From Octopus vulgaris (taxonomy: Eukaryota): a stretch of 64,000 nucleotides of DNA. A model generated the notes under the pieces. The model worked only from the letters and a program-made list of their open reading frames with translations, ran no database searches and had not been told where the DNA came from. The stretch is from NCBI GenBank assembly GCA_951406725.2, contig OX597827.1, positions 9,982,001 to 10,046,000 of the forward strand, read 5' to 3'. Of this stretch, positions 1 to 13,706 are shown in pieces (position 1 is the first letter of the stretch; each line of letters opens with the position of its first letter). A program made the translations under genes and the position numbers.

Positions 1-563
1 TTGGTGTCCACCAATTATGTCCAGCTAATCACAATAGGATCTCACCTTCTCAACTCTCTCTCTTGTATCTCTCTAACTTTCACTTTCGGTTTCTCTTTCT
101 TTTTTTCTTTCTTTCCTCAAAGCCTCAGAACAATAAAGAAAACAAAATAAAAATAAAAATAATCATAAATCTCAGTCCAATATCTCTATTTGTAGGCAAA
201 CAAAAGAAGATTATCTTTTTGTCCACAAACAATAATGGATTGATCACCGTTGTGAGTATATAACCTGCTCTACACAGATGCATTCAAGGAACATTATTTC
301 AGTTTAGTATTGATAACTGCTTTCTACAGTTCAGTGATGTGTCATGGCGATATTGAGCAGATTGAGATTGAAATCAATGCTATAAGGGCTTCATTAGAAT
401 TTGTAACCATGTGTGTGGATGGATGTCTTGTATACACATCATTTATCATCAAACGGGGGGGAATTTATACCAATGAGGACGCAGTGATATCCTTGAACAA
501 ATACATTCATTATTAACTCTGACCAAACACCTGTGTGTATGCATGCGTGTGAAAGCGGGAAAG

Positions 564-594
<31 letters not shown>

Positions 595-926
595 ACATAT
601 ACATGGCTGTGTGTGTGTACATATACATGGCTGTGTGTGTGAGGTTTAATGAGAAACGGATCTCAATGTCAATATGTGCCACTTAGCGATAATATCCAAG
701 GGGATAGATTACTGCCCACCTGACTGGTGAGTCACCAGTTCAAATTCCACAGATGATATTCCACTGTGTCCCTGGAGGAAGGAACGTAATTTTGATGAGA
801 ATGCAATTTGAATCTGGTATTGCCCAGTTGTAATAAAACTGAAGAGTATTGTTTTTAAGGGATCCTTGACTACAAGAAGCAATTTTATCTTACCTATCTC
901 CAATCCATCTTATATCCTATTGTGGG

Positions 927-1050
927 TATGTAGATAAACATTTGAACATGTATATAGTAGAAGAAATAGCTAAAATTTTTTGGCTGCTATTTCTAAAAGT
1001 TCGGTGTGTGGTAAAGTAACATTTTTTTTAATGAACCCTAATTATATAAC

Positions 1051-1086
<36 letters not shown>

Positions 1087-1264
1087 GTTTAAATATTTGT
1101 TGTGCAAGATTTTTTATGTGAAGTCATGTGTTGAAACAGATATTGTTATATTTCGGAATGGTCATATTGCCAGTTTAGCCAATATCACTGAAGCAAAATA
1201 ACACCAAATATATAGTGCGTGTGTTTTTATTGGCTAAACTGGCAATATGTCCATTCCGAAATAT

Positions 1265-1307
<43 letters not shown>

Positions 1308-1349
1308 CATATTTCCTTACATATGCATGTTCAAATGTTTATCTACATA
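927..1349. repeat. Outer inverted repeat (29-bp arms) enclosing two (TA)n tracts and an inner MITE
   Basis: 927-955 TATGTAGATAAACATTTGAACATGTATAT is the reverse complement of 1321-1349 with 1 mismatch. Confidence 0.8.
1144..1268. mobile_element. Short TGT...ACA fold-back MITE (Ginger-like termini)
   Basis: 41-bp terminal inverted repeats (1144-1184 / 1228-1268, one T:T mismatch), TGT..ACA ends, ATAT on both sides (possible 4-bp TSD, weak evidence next to a TA tract). Confidence 0.65.
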
Positions 1350-1356
1350 GGATAGA

Positions 1357-1496
1357 TAGGAAGGGCATCCAGCTGTAGAAACTCTGCCAGATCAGATTGG
1401 AGTCTGGTGTAGCCATCTGGTTCACCAGTCTTCAGTCAAATCGTCCAATCCATGCTAGCATGGAAAGTGGACGTTAAACGATGATGATGATGATGA
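1357..1496 (+). mobile_element. 3' fragment of RTE-tailed SINE (family C)
   Basis: AGGAAGGGCATCCAGCTGTAGAAAC...GGAAAGTGGACGTTAAACGATGATGAT, near-identical to ~23500-23648; (GAT)n tail typical of RTE-mobilised elements. Confidence 0.85.
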
Positions 1497-2322
1497 TTCC
1501 ATACTGGAATGAGTTAGACAGTTTTACAAGGATCTAATCAGCTCAATAACTGCATAGTGCTCTGGTGTGTGCTATGGCATGGTTTCTATGGTTAGATGCC
1601 CTACCTAATGCTTTACCAAATGCCAACCACTTTACTGCTTGTACTGGGAGTTGTTTTTTTTTTGTTTTTTTTTTTTGGCACTAGCACTTGTGAGAATGCC
1701 ATGCAGCTTGCAAGACTATGAACCATGAGTAGGAATTAGCAGCCTGATGTTAAAAGAGTAAAGAGTTGAGAGGAGTAAAATATGAGAGTAAAAAAAAGGT
1801 CAGAGTTTGTTGCTGTGGAGGTACAACATGGCCACTTATATTCTAGGAGAGATGGTGGTGTGGAGGAATGAAGCAGGTAAGTGATATAAGTGATAATGTG
1901 TCAGAGTGGCCCTTCAAGGTAAGAAGAGTTGGGTAGAAATGAGAAAGGTGTGGGCCGGGACAACAGAGACGCCAGGAAAATGAGTCGGGGGAGTAGAGGA
2001 TGTCTGATTGTTCAGAGCAGCAGAATACAAACGATGGATGTTACAGAAAATAGGAAGACGAAATGGAGATGATATGCTGTTGGGTAGGTTGCAGGAGTGA
2101 ATGAGGAAAAGAGAGAGGCAAACGCTCTGTATGAGGAGGGGGGATGTATGGTGGGGGGTGCAAAGGAGAGATAATTGGTGTCACAGTAGGGGTGGGTGAT
2201 CAATAATAGTACGGGTGAAGATCAATATATACATTCATGTATACATACATATATGAATATATATGCATCTATATGTAATCTATATTTCTATCTGCCTGTG
2301 TATGAATGTATATATGCATGCA

Positions 2323-2471
<149 letters not shown>

Positions 2472-3038
2472 TATATATATATTTACATATGTTGATATAT
2501 ATCAATATAGGTGTGTGTATACACATATCTATATATATTAATATATATTCATATGTTTATGTGCAATCACGTATACATGTACACATAGCTGATATATGAT
2601 ATTATACAAGATCATATTCCAGCATATGGTATCGTGAATTTTTGTTCCATTTCTTTTTCCATATTGGATGATGTGTATACATATGTATATGAATGCATTC
2701 CTTTCAGGATGTATGTCCATGTATACATGTGTGTATAGATGTTGTATTTGTATATATGTGTTTTTTGCATGCATGCATTTATATGCTAATCTCAGTTAGA
2801 GGGAAGAAGTCAGGCACTATCGTATTCCCTAGGGTGGGGGAGTTCTCAGGAGAAAAGTCCGAATTGATTATCTCACTGACTGAACATTCATTCATATAAA
2901 ACTAGCAAAGAATAGATAACAGTTGACGGTAATAGTGTCAGAAAGAATAAATTGGACTTCAGTTCTGGCTCTTTCTGATTAGATTTCTGGTTTCCACCTG
3001 TAAAATAGAGTATCAGAGCTTACGTTTCACTAAAAAAG

Positions 3039-3439
3039 AGGTGCAGGAGTGGCTGTGTGGTAAGTAGCTTGTTTACTAACCACATGGTTCCGGGTTCAAT
3101 CCCACTGCATGGCACCTTGGGCAAGTGTCTTCTACTATAGCCTCAGGCCGACCAAAGCCTTGTGAGTGGATTTGGTAGACGGAAACTGAAAGAAGCCTGT
3201 CGTATATATGTATATATATGTATATATGTGTGTGCGTATATGTTTGTGTTTGTTCCCCTAGCATTGCTTGACAACCGATGCTGGTGTGTTTATGTCCCCG
3301 TCACCTAGCGGTTCGGCAAAAGAGACCGATAGAATAAGTACTGGGCTTATGAAGAATAAGTCCCGGGGTCGAGTTGCTCGATTAAAGGCGGTGCTCCAGC
3401 ATGGCCGCAGTTAAATGACTGAAACAAGTAAAAGAGAGA
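3039..3439 (+). mobile_element. tRNA-derived SINE, family A (internal microsatellite), full length
   Basis: Pol III A-box-like TGGCTGTGTGGTAAG and B-box GGTTCAATCCC, CORE-like CTTGGGCAAGTG, tail GACTGAAACAAGTAAAAGA; more than 10 copies in the window. Confidence 0.9.
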
Positions 3440-3691
3440 TTGTCTTGTTGAATCAGTAAAATGTGGGACATAATGCCGATTTTTAATTGCAGCACGTTAC
3501 ATTCTGAGTTCTAATTCCTAACAAGCTCTGCTTGGTCTTTCATCTTTCTGAGGACAACAGCATAAAACAAGGAGAGTAAAGGTTTGGGAAGCAGTATGAG
3601 TTTTTCTTTGTTTTTACTTGTTGTATTTGAAGTGAGCGACAGAGCCTGTGGTCCTTGTGGACCTTTTGTGAGCTGTGTGATTGGTGCATTT

Positions 3692-4076
3692 GGAAGCACT
3701 CTGTCGGTTACGACGATGAGGGTTCTGGTTGATCCGAATCAACGGAACAGCCTGCTCGTTAAATTAATGTGTAAGTGGCTGAGCACTCCACAGACACGTG
3801 CACCCTTAACGTAGTTCTCAGGGATATTCAGCGTGACACAGAGAGTGACAGGGCCGGCCCCTTGAAATACAAGTACAACAGAAACATGAAGTAAGAGTGA
3901 GAGAAAGTTGTGGTGAAAGAGTACAGCAGGGATCACCACCATCCCCTGCCGGAGCCTCATGGAGCTTTGAGGTGTTTTCGCTCAATAAACACTCACAATG
4001 CCCGGTCTGGGAATCGAAACCGCGATCCTATGACAGCGAGTCCGCTGCCCTAACCGCTGGGCCATTGCGCCTCCAC
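3692..4076 (-). mobile_element. tRNA-derived SINE, family D, with 14-bp TSD
   Basis: Minus-strand head GTGGAGGCGCAATGGCCCAGCGGTTAGG...GGTTTCGATTCCC; TSD TGATTGGTGCATTT at 3678-3691 and 4077-4090; homologous to 5933-6255. Confidence 0.9.
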
Positions 4077-4090
4077 TGATTGGTGCATTT

Positions 4091-5930
4091 AATGTTCCAT
4101 TCAAACTGGTGCTAGTCAAAACTAGAAGGAAAGCTATAAACCTAGAGAACATTCCAGAGGGCCAATAATCTGGGGATGAAGAATTAGGCATAGAGGTTAG
4201 TGTAGGGAAAAAGAATGTTTGGAAGCACCAAAAATAGAGAAATGAGTATTAAGAGTGCCTGGGTAGAGAAGGGCATAAGACCAGGCAACTCCAAGGGGTA
4301 AAGATTATATTAATAATGGGAAAAAAGAAAGAGCACAGCATATCAGTGGGTCAGAGGCTAGATTGAGTCTATTAGTTATAGAATGCCAATCAGCTAAGCT
4401 TTGTCTGTCTGTGTTCCTAGACGTCAGTGTGAATAGCAGCAACACCATCCTAGAAATGAAACCAGTATTCTCACATCTCAAGTGGTCTTCCCACAAATCT
4501 TGTAGAGTGTCAGGAGCAGTTATGGTGCTGAAACTTCTTCTAGACCTAAAGAGAAGGACTATCTTTTGGACACAATCCAAGCTCTGTTAAAGATAAGCTT
4601 TATCTAGAGAAATCCTTGGTGAGAATAAGACCCGCCATCTGGAGTGATTGTAAGGGTTCGATCTGAGTGCCACTCACATTCAAAAGGAGTGTGGTATTAG
4701 TGTTTTCTTGATTTGTGTTGCTATTGAAATCTTTTGGTGATTAAAAGTGGTATGGTTGGCTTTGTCCCACGAAAGAGTGCTCCTGGGGTTTCTGCTTATG
4801 GAGTTAATGTAAGTTTATCATGTGATGTCAAGAGTGTAAGTGGCTAATACATGGTTAGAAAAGGTTTAAGGAAGAATGAAGGGTTGTCATCTGTGTAAGA
4901 GTAGACTTGGCTGGAAGTGGTGGCAAGTAGATCATTGATGTACAGGATGAAGAGAGTAGGGGACAGAACTAGACCCTGAAGAACACGGAATTTCATTGTG
5001 AGTTGGGCTGTAAGTGCTCTGTCAACATGTGCTTTAATGGCAGAATTTGATTGGAAAACGGATGGAATCAATATGTGGAAAGTCTTGTTTTGAAATTTTT
5101 CATGTCAGACATGACTGAAGACTTTGGTAATGTCTAGAGCAGCAACAGTGTTTTCAGTGAACTTCTCTGAAGCAAGAGCCCATAGTAAATAACATAAGGG
5201 AGTAGGTCACAAGGGATCTGATTCTGTGAAAGTCATGCTGGTGGTCACAAAGGAGAGGCAGAAATTCAAGGGAATGAGATTGTCGTTGTTAATGGCTGTT
5301 TCCATTAACTTCAAGATGTTAGGAATGAGAACAATTAGGTAGTAATGGGATTGGAAGGGCTACTGGGCTGCCTTTCTTTGGAATGAAACACACTGAAGCA
5401 TGTTTCCAAATGTCAGGGTATATTTCCGTAGGGAATGAAAGATTACAGAGTTGGGGAGTATAAGAACAGCTTCTGGGGTGCATTGGTTAAGTGTAGTAGA
5501 AGGGATAAAGTCAGGCCCTTGAGCTTGTTTGTTAGAGGCAGCTGGAGGTATTTCTGCACTTTCTGTGAGTGTAAGCTGTTGGGATAGATGGAGAGGATGC
5601 AGAAGAGATTGGCCAAGGATGGGTAGTGTGAAGTTGAATGCAAAGCAGGCTGTGAAGGTGGAGGATTTGTCTATGGATGTGTTGTTTGCAGAGCCATCGT
5701 TACTTAGAAGAGGAGAAAAGGAGGACACCACAAAACTGATGGAAACTTTCTTAGCCAGAAACCAGAAGGACTGGCTGTACTTTAGGAGGCGGTAAAGCTT
5801 GAAGGCTGTGTAATGCATGATAGCATCCTCTTCAAACCAAAGAATGACTTGATGGAAGTTGCATTACAAGGTGAATTCCATCTAATGTTAAGGTGATTGA
5901 GATTCCTTGGGCACGGTAGGGCTTGTATTT
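4091..5930 (-). mobile_element. Decayed LINE ORF2 (reverse transcriptase), Jockey/CR1/L2-like
   Basis: Minus-strand RT motifs AALDITKVFSHV*H and QGLVLSPTLFILYINDLL...YSYTDD (YADD-like); many stops and frameshifts; flanked by SINE insertions. Confidence 0.85.
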
Positions 5931-5932
5931 TT

Positions 5933-6255
5933 GGTGGAGGCGCAGTGGCCCAGTGGTTAGGTCATAGGATCGCGGTTTCAATTCCCAGACCGGGCGTTGT
6001 GAGTGTTTATTGATCCCTGCTGTACTCTTTCACCACAACTTTCTCTCACTCTTACTTCCTGTTTCTGTTGTACCTGTATTTCAAAGGGCTGGCCTTGTCA
6101 CTCTCTGTGTCACGCTGAATATCCCCGAGAACTATGTTAAGGGTGCACGTGTCTGTGGAGTGCTCAGCCACTTACACGTTAATTTCACGAGCAGGCTGTT
6201 CTGTTGATTCGGATCAACCGGAACCCTCATTGTCATAACCGACGGAGTGCTTCCA
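5933..6255 (+). mobile_element. tRNA-derived SINE, family D (internal deletions)
   Basis: Homologous to 3692-4076 in the opposite orientation. Confidence 0.9.
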
Positions 6256-6353
6256 TCCCATTTTTGGTCCAGACAGATGCAATGCAACTATGAGTAACCC
6301 ACTTGGAGAACATGAACATGGAAAAGATGGAAAGTGGCTAAATAGAAAGAAAC

Positions 6354-6403
<50 letters not shown>

Positions 6404-6879
6404 GAGAGAAACAGAGAGATTAGGTAAGGAAGTGGAGGAGGAAGAATCTGAGAATATAAGAGAGTGAGAGAGAGAGAGGAAGATAAAAAAAACAGAAAGA
6501 GAGAGTATGAGTTTCAATCAAATTATTGCTGAGAAAATGAGAAGTGTTCTGTATAGCTAACACTATTAACAAACAGAGCTCAACCAAGGGAAACTTTATG
6601 TTGCAGTTTGGTATGCTAGAAATAACAGTCATATCGTCTTCATTTCATACACTGCAATCTCAAAAATGGGACACAGGATGATGAGGGCCTGATGGACTGT
6701 ATGAAAATAAGGACAGAGTGGTTGTTGAGTGAGTGCCTATGGTTTTATAGTTTTATATAGTTTTATAGGGTTGACATGGAACTAAACAATAACAACAACA
6801 ACAGCAATAACCACTGCAAATGCCAACACTTCCACAACACCAACACTTCCACACCAACACTTCCACAAGCACCAAAACT

Positions 6880-6890
6880 ATCACCATCAC

Positions 6891-6982
<92 letters not shown>
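6880..6982. repeat. (CAT)n trinucleotide repeat
   Basis: Direct reading. Confidence 0.95.
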
Positions 6983-7306
6983 ACAAGAGAATAACAATAA
7001 TGATAAAGCATGCAGAAAAAGAAGAGTAAAAAAAAATATGATCATACAACATATAACAAATAAAATAAAAATGAAATAAAATCAAGTACATGAACAAAAA
7101 AACAAAAAAAGCGAATCAGGAAACAATATATATAAATATCAACTGAAAATTTAGAAAAAAAAAAAAGAAACAAAGAGCAAACAAAAAAGATACTTGTCAC
7201 ACAAATGAAATTTTGAAAAATAAAATAAAAAAAATCATAAATATTAAAAAGATACTGTAAAAATTGTAAAAAAAGAACAAAAAAAACGGAGGGAAACAAA
7301 AGTGTG

Positions 7307-7338
<32 letters not shown>

Positions 7339-7481
7339 GTGGGGAGATGTTGTACTAAAATAAAACTTAATATGATTAGAATGTTTTGCATTGAAATGCA
7401 AAGTGAACGAAAGAAGAAGTGTAAAGTTGCCTATAGTGAGTGGTAGGAAATTTCCAACGGAGTTTTATTAGATAATTAAAT

Positions 7482-7515
<34 letters not shown>

Positions 7516-7746
7516 GAAATTCTAAAATTTCAACAAGACTACATATGAAAACGGGGGGGGGGGGGAGGGGAGAGGGAGGAGAGAAAAAGAAAGAACGACT
7601 GAGAGAGAAAAGGAGAGGGAGGGAGAGTGTGTCAGTCAAGTAGGTGAGAAAGGAGAATGGAAAAGAGAAAGAGAAATGAGAAGATGCGGGAGGGAAAGTA
7701 TTTATATATATGTATATATGCATGAATATCTATGTATATACATTTA

Positions 7747-7777
<31 letters not shown>

Positions 7778-7898
7778 GCATACATATCTATGTATATACA
7801 TTTATATATGTATATATATATATATATGCATACATATCTATGTATATACATTTATATATGTAAATACATACATATACATATATGTGTGTATAAATGTG

Positions 7899-7935
<37 letters not shown>

Positions 7936-8784
7936 ATGCAGGCATATGAGGGGGTGGGTGGCAAACACGTATGTGCATAAATGCATATACATATGTATGT
8001 TTATAAAAATGCAGGTATATATAAATATGTATATATATATGTATATATATATATATATATTTGTACTTATGTATCTACATATTTTAAATATATGTATTTT
8101 ATACACACATACACACACACATACATATATATATATATACATATATATATACACATATATATATATATATACATATATACATATATATATATACATATAT
8201 ATGTATATATATTTGAACATATGTGTCTACATATTTTAAATATATATATATAAATATATATGTATACTGTTATATATATAGTTATATATGTATAGGGAGA
8301 GAGAGGGAGAGGGAGAGAGGGGGGCGAAGTTTTGAGAGAGAGAATGAGAGGGTGAGTGAGAGAAATAGAATTGGTTCAAAAAACACCATCAACAGAGAAG
8401 TGTTTTAGTATTGATACAATGTACACACAATGTAATATTATTCTTTTGTGAAACAGAAGTTGAGGTTGGGGTGAGCTGGGATAAAGTGAGCGAAATGAGT
8501 AAGTTGGGAGAGATGGGGGGAAGAAGTTTTCATAGAAGAGAGATGAGTGAGAGAAGTGGAGTGCAAAGGGGGTTGAGTGTGAGAAGTGTGATAGTGAATA
8601 TGATGATGATGATGATGATGATGATTCTGCTAGCCCTGGTAGTAGGAGGGCAGGCTGGTGCAGGTGTAGTGGGAGTGACAACTGGGTGTGAAATACCATT
8701 GATGCCTCAGTGCTTGTTTCTCATTGCCTGTATGTATGTATGTATGTGAGTGTGTGTATATATATGTATCTCTTAATATATATA

Positions 8785-8813
8785 TAAAAATATATACATA
8801 AAAGAATATATAC

Positions 8814-8857
<44 letters not shown>

Positions 8858-9028
8858 CACACACATACATACATGTATGTGTGTATATGTATTTATATAT
8901 GTATATATATAAAAAAATATATACATATATACATTTATATATATATACATTTATATATGTATATATATAAATATATACATTTATATATGTATATATATAA
9001 AAAAATATATACATAAAAGAATATATAC

Positions 9029-9064
<36 letters not shown>

Positions 9065-9128
9065 CACACACATACATACATGTGTGTATGTATATGTATT
9101 TATATATGTATATATATAAAAAAATATA
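8785..9128. repeat. Tandem duplication within a TA/CA-rich tract (period ~210 bp)
   Basis: AAAAATATATACATAAAAGAATATATACATT...CATACACACACATACATACATG occurs at ~8786 and ~9001. Confidence 0.7.
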
Positions 9129-9154
9129 TTTTTCCAAATTAATAATATATCAGT

Positions 9155-9200
<46 letters not shown>

Positions 9201-9557
9201 GTATACTAATAGATAGATAATATGAAATACATTAAATAATGATATGGATATGCAATATCATGTTTATGTGCACACATGTATGAATGTGTGTGTTTGTATG
9301 TACAAGAGTTGTTTTACTATACAACTATCTTTATTCATGTTTATCACGAGATACATGCATATAGGTGTGTGTGTGTTAAAATACATTTCTATTGATATAT
9401 ATTTATTTAATAAATATTACTATGATGAAGAATGTATAATATTTTTCTATATGTAGAGAAATTGTATATATATATGTAAAACTTTATGCATTACAGTTTT
9501 ATAGAGAAGCTTTTGTCATTTACAATATTATAAGTGTATAGAAATGCATATCTTATC

Positions 9558-9659
<102 letters not shown>

Positions 9660-9686
9660 TATATGATGATGATATGTAAACATATG

Positions 9687-9724
<38 letters not shown>

Positions 9725-10466
9725 ATACACACACACACATTTACATATATATGCACACATATAAATACATGTATACATGGAAGTGTACATGTTCATAAGA
9801 ATTTACAAACAGGAGAGAAAGGTACTCAATACAGGGCTTTCCATTTATTTAAAGTTGATGCTTCACTCTATCAAATTTCTGAATTTTCCATTTCCATTTC
9901 TATCTACCACCCCCACAGATGCACGCGCAAGCATGCATACGCATAAATATTTCTTAAAAAACATCAGGGAAGCATTGTGAAGCAGAAATTCACAAGAGTT
10001 CTCCCAAAGTTGGAATTACAGCAATGTGAGTCAATATATTGTTATGTAAACAAATTTAATTTAAAGCAATTCCAAACAAATACATATATATTAAAATAAA
10101 TATATCATATTGGCATGATATACAATTGGCCTTCACACGTAGATGTGTATGGGCCAGTAACATGTACTATGATTTCATGAGGTGTTTTAGGTACCTTTGT
10201 CTTCATGAGCAGACAAAGACATCTTTCTGCTCCCCTTAGTCATGACTCGGTGGAGCACCCAGGATGCAACAGCCAATGAGAGTGTGGCGTGCACTAGCAT
10301 CTGGATAGTACTCATAACAGTAGAGTAGACAGGAGCAGTGCAAAATGAAGTGCCTCGCTCAAGGACACAATGTTCTCTGTGATCAAGGAACTGAACCTAC
10401 AACCATTACCATTAGGCCACACACTTTCATGGATATTTGCTTATTTTAATATTCGTACCTTAAATT

Positions 10467-10615
10467 GGCAGTGAACTGGCAGAATCATTAGCATGCCTGG
10501 TGAAATGCTTTAAAGTATTTCTTCCGTCCTTACATTCTGTGTTCAAATTCTTGCCTTTCAGCATTTTGTGATCAATAAAATAAGTACCAGCTGAACACTG
10601 GATTCGATATACTCA
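10467..10615 (+). mobile_element. SINE family B (Meta/MESC-like domain), diverged
   Basis: GGCAGTGAACTGGCAGAATCATTAGC head, GCCTTTCA...ATAAAATAAGTACCAG core. Confidence 0.7.
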
Positions 10616-10948
10616 ACTTAAATACTCCTGGGTATGAGTATAAAAACTGTATCCCTCTGCCAAGCCAAATCAAACCAATGTGGAAGAATAGGCTCATCAA
10701 ACCAGTATGATATTAAGCTCAAACTCACAGGCTCCACATCAGAACATAGTTGATGGAAAGAATATGCTGAAGTCCTCATCCTGCAGTGAGTTGAACATGG
10801 ACAATTCAATCCAATACAATCCACCTTGGATTCTAAACTAATAAGATCTGTTTCATGGTTGTGTCATCAGCAACAAAACCCTCATGCTACTCTAGGGACT
10901 TACCTCGACACATATTGGGTCACTCTGACAAAACAAAAGACAATATAT

Positions 10949-11349
10949 AGGCTCAGGAGTGGCTGTGTGGTAAGTAGCTTGATAACCAACCACATGGTTC
11001 CGAGTTCAGTCCCACTGCGTGGCATCTTGGGCTAGTGTCTTCTGCTATAGCCCCGGGCTGACCAATGCCTTGTGAGTGAATTTGGTAGACGGAAACTGAA
11101 AGAAGCCTGTCGTATATATGTATATATATATATATATATATGTTTGTGTGTCTGTGTTTGTCCCCCTAGCATTGCTTGACAACCGATGCTGGTGTGTTTA
11201 CGTCCCCGTCACTTAGCGGTTCGGCAATAAGGAGACCGATAGAATAAGTACTGGGCTTACAAAGAATAAGTCCCGGGGTCGAGTTGCTCGGCTAAAGGCA
11301 GTGCTCCAGCATGGCTGCAGTGAAATGACTGAAACAAGTAAAGAGAGAG
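10949..11349 (+). mobile_element. SINE family A, full length
   Basis: Highly similar to 3039-3439. Confidence 0.9.
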
Positions 11350-12029
11350 TATATGTCAAGGAGGGAGAATTCAACAAGGACTCAGTAGCTGTCCATCAAA
11401 CCTACAAATTGGGCAAGAGCTCAGTTAAGCCTTTGTGTCTAGCATGTTATGCTGTCTTAGTACCTTCTGCCCACAGTTGCCTCTCTCAGATACATTGGTT
11501 TTGTCTTCCCTCTGACCCTTGGAGATCCAGATATGAGAAAGTTCCTGATAAGTGCAAAGACTACCCAAAGTGACTTAGATATGCTTATTACTGACATATT
11601 TTTAGTGTGTGGGTTTTTGTCTCCTTATCGTGATATCATGTGATGTTCTAAAGGATTGTCATTACCATACGAGTGGTGGCATTCATTTGTAATTTTCTGC
11701 AAGAACATGTCTGACATGGGGAAATATTACCTTACTTGGAATTAGGTGAGGGTTGGTGACAGGGTGGGCATCAGGCTGCAGAAAATCTGCCTTACAAAAC
11801 GCCATCTGATTCATGAAAGCATGGAAAGTGGACGTTAAAAAAATGATGATGATGATGATGATATATAAATATGTATGTGTGTGTGTGTGTGTATGTGTGT
11901 GTGTATATATATATGTATATATATATATGTATATATATATATGTGTATATATATATATATGTATATATGTATATATATATATATATGTATGTGTATATAT
12001 ATATATATATATACAAATATATACATACA

Positions 12030-12079
<50 letters not shown>

Positions 12080-12679
12080 AGTGTGTGTGTGTGTGCATAC
12101 ATGCACACATAAACACATGCATACATACATATATACATATACAAACAGAGAAAGAGAGGGAGAAATGAATAAAATGAATCGATGACGTGCTATCTACTCA
12201 GATCAAGCTAACTTGAGGTGTTCGGTTCATTAGGGTAGGGGCATTCTACCCCTGACCATTCCATCTTTTATTCAGACTCCTGTGTCTCTAAGACTACATT
12301 ATCCTTTGTATCCCCTTTTTTTAAAAGACTGCAGGATATGATCTGAGGAGGCTTTGGTTGCTATTTCAAGATGACTGAGCATCAGCATAGTGATTTTATC
12401 ATTGGTTTATCTGAATTCATGTGTCTAAATGTGTGTGAGTGTGTGTATGTATGTGTACATGTGTGTGTATGTGAGTGTGTGTGTGTGTTTGTGTATGTGT
12501 GTATTATGCATCAAATATAGTGTCCTACTGCTAAAACATCTGTTAAGTTATGGTAATAATTGCACTTTACATGCAAAGATGAAGTTAAAGTGTGTGTTAT
12601 CCTAGCTATATCAAGATGGAAGCAGCAGGAAACAGCAGGAAATTTGGTTCCGTAGTTACTGGACCAAATGTCTGCGTGC

Positions 12680-12895
12680 ATGTGTGTATGTGTGTGTCAG
12701 TGTGTCTGTGTATATGGCATTATGTGTCTGTGTATGTGTGTATGTGTGTGTCAGTGTGTCTGTGTATATGGCATTATGTGTCTGTGTATGTGTGTATGTG
12801 TGTGTCAGTGTGTCTGTGTATATGGCATTATGTGTCTGTGTATGTGTATGTGTGTGTCAGTGTGTCTGTGTATATGGCATTATGTGTGTGTGTGT
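12680..12895. repeat. 54-bp minisatellite, 4 copies
   Basis: GTCAGTGTGTCTGTGTATATGGCATTATGTG recurs at ~12696, 12750, 12804 and 12856. Confidence 0.9.
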
Positions 12896-13295
12896 GTGTG
12901 TCTGAGATTGTATATGTCTCTATGTGAGTGAGTGTTTACATGCTAGTGTGTCTGTTCGTGATGTACTGAAGAGATGGGTGAATAATGTCTGTCAATGTAG
13001 TCCTGTTCTACTGTTTCAGATTTCATGACATAAGATTGACGATGGACACAGCAAAAAACAACAACAACAACAACAACAACAACAGTAGCATCAGCATCAG
13101 CAGCAGCAGCAGCAAAACACTCACATGTATACACACCTAGGAAAACATGCGTATATCAACATATACATGAGCACATACACATATACACACAATCTTATAA
13201 TTTTAGGTTTTTGTTAAAAGTTTAGAGTAGAGGTTTAGTGATGTGATGGTGTGGTGGTGGTATCCATGACATTTCACAGGTTTTACAGTTAGAAG

Positions 13296-13705
13296 AATCC
13301 ACACACACACATACACACAATCCACATACATACATACAATCCACATACATACATACACAATATCCACATACATACATGCATACAATCCACATACATACAT
13401 ACATACACACAATCCACATACATACATACACACAATCCACATACATACACACAATCCACATACATACACACAATCCACATACATACATACACACAATCCA
13501 CACACACGCATACACACAATCCACATACATACATACACACAATCTACATACACACAATCCACATACATACATACACACAATCCACATACATTCACACAAT
13601 CCACATACATACATACATACAATCCACATACATACACACAATCTGCATACATACATACACACAATCCACATACATACATACACAATATCCACATTCATAC
13701 ATACA
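13296..13705. repeat. Minisatellite of CACAATCCACATACATACATA-type units (~20-30 bp, ~17 copies)
   Basis: Repeated AATCCACA anchor with variable (CATA)n/(CA)n spacers. Confidence 0.9.
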
Positions 13706-13706
13706 T

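Noticed and set aside
1674-1687. 14-nt match to the start of vertebrate miR-96 (TTTGGCACTAGCAC)
   Set aside because: It follows a poly-T run inside a diverged antisense SINE and has no complementary arm.
3039-3115. tRNA-like A and B boxes (also at other SINE heads)
   Set aside because: They continue into SINE bodies with tails and TSDs; no complete cloverleaf, so not tRNA genes.
5360-5818. 152-aa ORF as a host gene
   Set aside because: It lies in the decayed LINE ORF2, upstream of the RT motifs on the same strand.
6776-6994. ORF MELNNNN...SSSS resembling a low-complexity transcription factor N-terminus
   Set aside because: Mostly (AAC)n and (CAT)n repeat, ends in a stop with no donor and no domain.
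12680-13705. Regularly spaced repeats resembling a CRISPR array
   Set aside because: Eukaryotic context, spacers are identical or microsatellite, and no cas genes.
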